Assembly (NCBI GenBank): GCA_036732145.1
Contig: DAINCY010000006.1
Location: 1 to 63,541 of the forward strand
Origin: Candidatus Dormiibacterota bacterium
GTDB taxonomy: Bacteria; Chloroflexota; Dormibacteria; Aeolococcales; Aeolococcaceae
Length of the DNA stretch: 63,541 bases
Reading direction: 5' to 3'
Each line of letters starts with the position of its first letter. Position 1 is the first letter of the stretch. The position numbers and the translations under genes were made by a program. The notes below the pieces were generated by a model. The model saw only the letters and a program-made list of their open reading frames with translations, was not told where the DNA came from and did no database searches. This document shows, piece after piece, positions 58,908 to 63,541 of the stretch.

Positions 58908-60821
58908 ATGCCTCTTCTCTCGCTCGAGAACGTCGCTGTCGCGTACGGGGCGGAGGTCATCGTGCGCGGCATCACGCTGCGCCTCGAGCCGCGGGACCGG
59001 CTGGCGGTGGTCGGCGCCAACGGCGCCGGGAAGACGTCGGTGCTTGACGTCATCGACGGAGTCCTTGAACCCACCGAGGGTGTCGTCGACCGTCCGCGCA
59101 ACCTCCGGGTGGCCCACCTCCCACAGGACACCCCCGAGCCCGTCGGTGCCACCGTTCTCGACGAGGTGCTGGCCTCGCGCGCCGACCTGCTCGCCATGCA
59201 TGCAGAGCTGAGCAGGCTCGAGGTGGCCATGGGTGGGCAACCGGACAACCTCGAGGCGATCATGGCGCAGTACGGCGAACTGCAACACGCCTACCAGGAT
59301 GCGGCCGGCTATGACGTGGAGGCTCGGGCGCGCGAGGCTCTCGGCGGGCTCGGCATCGATGAGACCCTGCAGGGGCGCGATCCCAGCCAGCTCAGCGGCG
59401 GCCAGAAGCGCCGCGTCGAGCTCTCCAAGCTGCTGCTCGCCGACGCCGACCTCCTGCTCATCGACGAGCCCACCAACCACCTCGACCTCGCCTCCATCGA
59501 ATGGCTCGAGGATTTCGTGGCCGAGGTGCGGTCGACCTTCGTGCTTGTGTCCCACGACCGCCGCTTTCTCGATCGCGTCTGCACATCGGTGCTCGAGCTC
59601 GGGCACGGAGTCGCCGAGGAATACCCCGGCAATTACACGCAGTACGTGCGACTCAGGGTGGAGCGGCGCGCCCGCCGGTTGAAGGAATTCGAGTCGCAGC
59701 AGGCACACATCGCCCACCAGGAGGAGTTCATCCGCAAGTACAAGGCCGGGCAACGCGCCAAGGAGGCGCGAGGACGGCAGAAGCAGCTCGACCGCATCGC
59801 GCGCGTGGCTGCACCACCGCGTGACCGGCGTCCTCGACTTCGCTTCGCCACCGCCCCCGGTTCGCAGATCCTGCTCAAGACCAGCGAGCTGGAGATTGGC
59901 CGCGGAGGGTCCACGCTGCTCCGGGTGAGCCCCCTGAGCATCGCCCCCGGCGAACGCATCGCCGTGGTGGGGCCGAACGGGTGCGGAAAGTCGACGCTCC
60001 TGCACACCCTGGCCGGCGAGCTGCCACCGGTCCGAGGCACCGTCAAGCTCGGACCACGTACGGAGCGCCGCCTGTACCGGCAGGACCTCGCCCGCGACGA
60101 CGACGAGGCCGTGGCCGGCGCCCGCTCCACCGACGACGAACGCACCGTCATGGAGGACCTGCTCGCCGACCACCCCGTGGGCGCGGAACGTGCGCGAAAC
60201 GTGCTCGGGGCGCTCCTCTTCAGCGGCGACGACGTGCACAAGCTGATCGCCGATCTCAGCGGTGGCGAGCGCGCCCGTCTTCTGCTGGGCAAGGTGGCGC
60301 TCGAGGAGACCAACCTGTTGCTTCTCGACGAGCCCACCAACCATCTCGACATCCCGGCCCAGGAGGTGCTGGAGCAGGCGCTGATCGGGTACGGCGGCGC
60401 GGTCGTTCTTGTGACCCACGATCGGGCCCTCATCGACGCCGTGGCCACCCGCACCTGGGCGGTCGAGGACGGCGGCGTGCGGGAAGTCCTCGGTGGGTAC
60501 ACGGACCTGCTGCGCGTGCGTGAGCGCGAGCGTCGTGATCGCGAGCGCGAGGCCCTGCGCGCCGCTGCCGGAACGCGCAATGCGCGCAACGGAGATGCCG
60601 CGCCTCCCGCCAAACCGTCAGGATCGCGTGAGGTCCGCCGCCTCGAGGAGCAGATCGCTGCCACCGAGGCCGAGTTGAAGATGTCCCGCAACCGGCTGCT
60701 CGACCCGGAGACCTTCGCTGACGTCGAGAGCGGAGCGGACGCGGGCCGTGAGCACGACAGGCTGACCGGTGCCCTCGCTGAGCTCTACGAGCGTTGGGAA
60801 GCTCTGGCCGGAACCGGCTGA
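58908..60821 (+). CDS. ABC-F family ATPase
   Basis: Two NBDs (GANGAGKT/LSGGQ/DEPTNHLD and GPNGCGKS/LSGGE), interdomain linker, coiled-coil tail, no TM. Confidence 0.95.
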   Translation: MPLLSLENVAVAYGAEVIVRGITLRLEPRDRLAVVGANGAGKTSVLDVIDGVLEPTEGVVDRPRNLRVAHLPQDTPEPVGATVLDEVLASRADLLAMHAELSRLEVAMGGQPDNLEAIMAQYGELQHAYQDAAGYDVEARAREALGGLGIDETLQGRDPSQLSGGQKRRVELSKLLLADADLLLIDEPTNHLDLASIEWLEDFVAEVRSTFVLVSHDRRFLDRVCTSVLELGHGVAEEYPGNYTQYVRLRVERRARRLKEFESQQAHIAHQEEFIRKYKAGQRAKEARGRQKQLDRIARVAAPPRDRRPRLRFATAPGSQILLKTSELEIGRGGSTLLRVSPLSIAPGERIAVVGPNGCGKSTLLHTLAGELPPVRGTVKLGPRTERRLYRQDLARDDDEAVAGARSTDDERTVMEDLLADHPVGAERARNVLGALLFSGDDVHKLIADLSGGERARLLLGKVALEETNLLLLDEPTNHLDIPAQEVLEQALIGYGGAVVLVTHDRALIDAVATRTWAVEDGGVREVLGGYTDLLRVRERERRDREREALRAAAGTRNARNGDAAPPAKPSGSREVRRLEEQIAATEAELKMSRNRLLDPETFADVESGADAGREHDRLTGALAELYERWEALAGTG

Positions 60822-61699
60822 TGCGCGCACGGCGCGCAGCGCCGCTCGCGCTCGTCGGCGCGACGGTGGCCGTGTCGGTGTCGGCGATCCTCATCCAGGA
60901 AGCACAGAGCGATGCCGCCACGGTGGTGTGGCTGCGCATGGCCCTGGCGGTCGGGTTGCTCGCGCCCTGGGCGTGGCCGCAGGTGCGCCGCCGCACGGTG
61001 GGTGGTTCGCGTCGGGATGCGCTGCTCGTCGCACTCGCGGGCATGCTCCTCGCCGTCCACTTCCTGACCTGGACCGCCTCGTTGATGTACACCTCGGTGG
61101 CGGCCAGTGTCCTGCTGGTGTCCTTGCATCCCCTCATCGTCGCCCCACTCGGCGCGCGCCTCCATGGCGACCGGATCGATGCTCCCGTCCTGGCTGGAAT
61201 CTCACTGGCGCTGTGCGGCACCGCGGTCACCTGCGTTGCCGCGTTCGAGGCCGGTGGACGGGCGTTGGGCGGTGACCTGCTCGCTCTCGCCGGCGGGGTG
61301 GCGCTGGCGGGGTACCTGCTGATCGGACGGGCCCGTCGCCACACCGGTGGCGTGGCCGGGTACTCCGCGGTGGTGTACGCGATTGTCAGTGCGGCGGGGG
61401 TCGGGGTGGCGACGATGAGCGGCGGGCTGCACGCGCCCAGTCTCCGGACCTTCCTCGCGTGCATCTGTCTTGCCTCCGTCTGCACGGTCGGGGGCCACAC
61501 GGTGTTCAACTGGACGCTGCGCCGGCTGCCGGCGAGCATGGTGTCGCTGTCCTTCCTCGGTGAGCCGCCGCTGGCGGCTGTGCTCGCCTACTTCATCCTG
61601 GGCCAGCATCTGTCTGTGCCAACCGTGATCGGTGGCGCGCTGATCCTCCTCGGGCTGGCGGTGACGCTGCGATCGGCGCCGGTGCCGCCAGTCGAATAG
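60821..61699 (+). CDS. DMT/EamA-family transporter
   Basis: HFLTWTASL.YTSVAAS, GDLLAL, GHTVFNW, EPPLAA. Confidence 0.92.
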   Translation: MRARRAAPLALVGATVAVSVSAILIQEAQSDAATVVWLRMALAVGLLAPWAWPQVRRRTVGGSRRDALLVALAGMLLAVHFLTWTASLMYTSVAASVLLVSLHPLIVAPLGARLHGDRIDAPVLAGISLALCGTAVTCVAAFEAGGRALGGDLLALAGGVALAGYLLIGRARRHTGGVAGYSAVVYAIVSAAGVGVATMSGGLHAPSLRTFLACICLASVCTVGGHTVFNWTLRRLPASMVSLSFLGEPPLAAVLAYFILGQHLSVPTVIGGALILLGLAVTLRSAPVPPVE

Positions 61700-61703
61700 C
61701 CGG

Positions 61704-62537
61704 TCAGATGCCCACACCGGTGAGCAGGTAGAGCAGGTGCTCCGGCACCATGCCCATGACCACGCTGATGATCAGGACGTAGAGCATCGCTGTCGCGGGT
61801 TGGTTGGCACGAATCCGCGCGAAGTACAGGGTGAAGGCATTGACGCCTGCGGTGAACAGAACGCCGCATCCGATCACCAGCAGCCAGAAGAGAACGGCCT
61901 GATCACCTGAGAGGAGGCGGTCGCGGCTGGCAGCGTTGCTCACCAATGCGATGGCGATGACGGCGCAGTCGACGGCGACCGCGGCAAACACTGTGTAGAT
62001 CGACAATCGCAGTGGGCGAAACGACATGCTGGGTGTGACCAGATACCAGTGGCCGAGCAGCATGCCTGCCAGGGCGCTTCCACCGAGCAGCGCGGCCGAC
62101 AGGAAGACGAGGACCGCTGCTGCGGCACCGCCGAGGGCGGGACCGATCGCCAGCGCAGCTGTCAGCACCGTGGTCAGGCCCACGGCGATGGGGGCCGCCG
62201 CCACCACCCGGCGGGAGATCTCCGTTCCCACCACCGCGAACAGCGCGTCCACGACGAGCAGGCCGGTGAACGCCACCGCACAGTGCACGAAGGTCGCCAT
62301 CGCTGCGCTGGCGACCGAACCGTGCAGCAACACGCCCACATCGGAGGCGCCCGCGATGACCAACAGGTCGGCGCCCATCATCAGCGCACAGATTGCCGCG
62401 GTGGTGCCGGCGAAACCCCGACCCACGTGCCCGACGTGGTCGAGCGCAGCGCTCACCGTGACCGTGCCCACCGCCAGCTCGAGCAGCACCAGCAGGCCGG
62501 CCAGGGGAGCGAGGTCGGGAAGCGACGGAAGCGGCAC
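61704..62537 (-). CDS. Hypothetical multi-pass membrane protein
   Basis: About 8 TM helices, AGMLLGHWYLVTP motif; TACCAT 6 nt upstream of GTG. Confidence 0.8.
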   Translation of the reverse strand: MPLPSLPDLAPLAGLLVLLELAVGTVTVSAALDHVGHVGRGFAGTTAAICALMMGADLLVIAGASDVGVLLHGSVASAAMATFVHCAVAFTGLLVVDALFAVVGTEISRRVVAAAPIAVGLTTVLTAALAIGPALGGAAAAVLVFLSAALLGGSALAGMLLGHWYLVTPSMSFRPLRLSIYTVFAAVAVDCAVIAIALVSNAASRDRLLSGDQAVLFWLLVIGCGVLFTAGVNAFTLYFARIRANQPATAMLYVLIISVVMGMVPEHLLYLLTGVGI

Positions 62538-62627
62538 CGCGCGATGGTACGCAGGGCCCTGTCAGTGGGCGGCGCGCTGCGCTACGGTGCCAGCCGAATG
62601 AACGGTGAGAAGGAGAAGGCGCACAGC

Positions 62628-62861
62628 ATGGCGGGACCAGCGGACGACGCGCCCCAGCCCCGCCCCTGGACGCCAGAAGCCGCCATGGAACCCGTGCCGC
62701 CGCTGGCGCCGCCGCCGGCGCGTCCGGGCGCAGGCATGCCCGTCCTGACCACCCCGCGGTCCCCCGACCCGGCTGCTCCGTTCCGCAGGCTGCTCATCGC
62801 GCTCGGGGTGGCGCTAGTGCTCGCCGGCGTGGTCGTCCTGGTGCTCGCTGTCGCGCACTAG
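62628..62861 (+). CDS. Small Pro-rich protein with a C-terminal TM helix
   Basis: AGGAGAAGG SD; FRRLLIALGVALVLAGVVVLVLAV. Confidence 0.6.
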   Translation: MAGPADDAPQPRPWTPEAAMEPVPPLAPPPARPGAGMPVLTTPRSPDPAAPFRRLLIALGVALVLAGVVVLVLAVAH

Positions 62862-62887
62862 CGGGAGCTGCGCGGCTCTCTCGAGGA

Positions 62888-63205
62888 TCAGCGCTCGACG
62901 GGCAGCCCCGCCTCCTCCCAGCCCTCGATGCCACCGACAACGTTGATCGCCCTCGGCCGGCCGTGCTCGTGGAGGAACTCGACCGCCTTCCGGCTTCGTC
63001 CGCCGAGGCGGCACTGCACGTAGACATCGCGGTCATCGGGGATCTCATCGAGCCGCTGCGGCACCTCCGCAAGTGGAATGAGCACGGCGCCGGGGATGCG
63101 CTGCTGCTCCCACTCCCAGAGCTCGCGAACGTCGATGAGAATCGCCTCGCCGGCGCTCACGGCGTCATGCGCCTGCTGAGGCGTCGCCTCTCCCTGCGTG
63201 GCCAT
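62888..63205 (-). CDS. Single-domain rhodanese
   Basis: LIDVRE..EW....IPGA, CRLGGRS, VVGGIEGW. Confidence 0.93.
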   Translation of the reverse strand: MATQGEATPQQAHDAVSAGEAILIDVRELWEWEQQRIPGAVLIPLAEVPQRLDEIPDDRDVYVQCRLGGRSRKAVEFLHEHGRPRAINVVGGIEGWEEAGLPVER

Positions 63206-63261
63206 GGCGCGAGTATACGGATCGCCTGTTCGCATCCATCCCAGGCTGCTAGTCTCCCTGC

Positions 63262-63541
63262 GTGACCGCGACGGCGACGGCTCCCGCGCTCCCGGCCGAT
63301 GATCCCTGGCTGAACGCGCAGCGGCAGTTTGACAACGCCGCGGAGATCCTCAACCTCTCCCCCGGGCTCCGAGCGGTGCTTCGCGAGGTGCGCCGGGAGT
63401 TGCTGGTGCGGTTCCCAGTGAAGATGGATGACGGATCGTTGCGGGTCTTCGAGGGCTACCGCGTGCAGCACAACACCACCAGGGGCCCGGCCAAGGGCGG
63501 CATCCGCTTTCACCCGCACACAAATCTCGAAGAGGTGAAGG
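63262..63541 (+). CDS. Glu/Leu/Phe/Val dehydrogenase (5' part, runs off the window)
   Basis: Translated by hand: ...FPVKMDDGSLRVFEGYRVQHNTTRGPAKGGIRFHP. Confidence 0.93.
   Translation, partial: MTATATAPALPADDPWLNAQRQFDNAAEILNLSPGLRAVLREVRRELLVRFPVKMDDGSLRVFEGYRVQHNTTRGPAKGGIRFHPHTNLEEVK

Overview
A 63.5 kb, high-GC (roughly 70%) bacterial chromosomal segment made mostly of housekeeping and metabolic genes. The gene content (sortase, CxxC-x17-CxxC zinc ribbon, mycothiol-deacetylase-like enzyme, K+-independent H+-PPase, CGNR regulator) fits a monoderm Chloroflexota/Ca. Dormibacterota/Actinomycetota-like organism; this is inference only. I support about 63 CDSs, one CAU tRNA (27875-27948, minus) and a probable 6S RNA (about 44893-45088, plus) that the ORF track does not show. 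I found no CRISPR array, rRNA, integrase or transposase. Main observations: (1) pervasive apparent leaderless genes, with a TANNNT box 6-9 nt before the start codon; (2) a sortase whose leaderless ATG frame carries an in-frame TAA at codon 5; (3) a cluster of frameshifted or truncated gene remnants at 21.8-23.1 kb beside a CGNR regulator and an unannotated 51-aa ORF with a near-consensus promoter; (4) a lower-GC, tRNA-adjacent nucleotide-sugar trio whose UDP-glucose-dehydrogenase homologue lacks the catalytic Cys; (5) a secreted CHAP protein with 12 Trp-rich lectin-like repeats; (6) an uncharacterised nucleosidase-like protein divergent from an adenosine-kinase-like PfkB; (7) a CTG-initiated flavoprotein; (8) a GH5-like protein with an altered catalytic motif; (9) a structured metK leader. 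All functional calls come from motif recognition by eye; no database searches were run.
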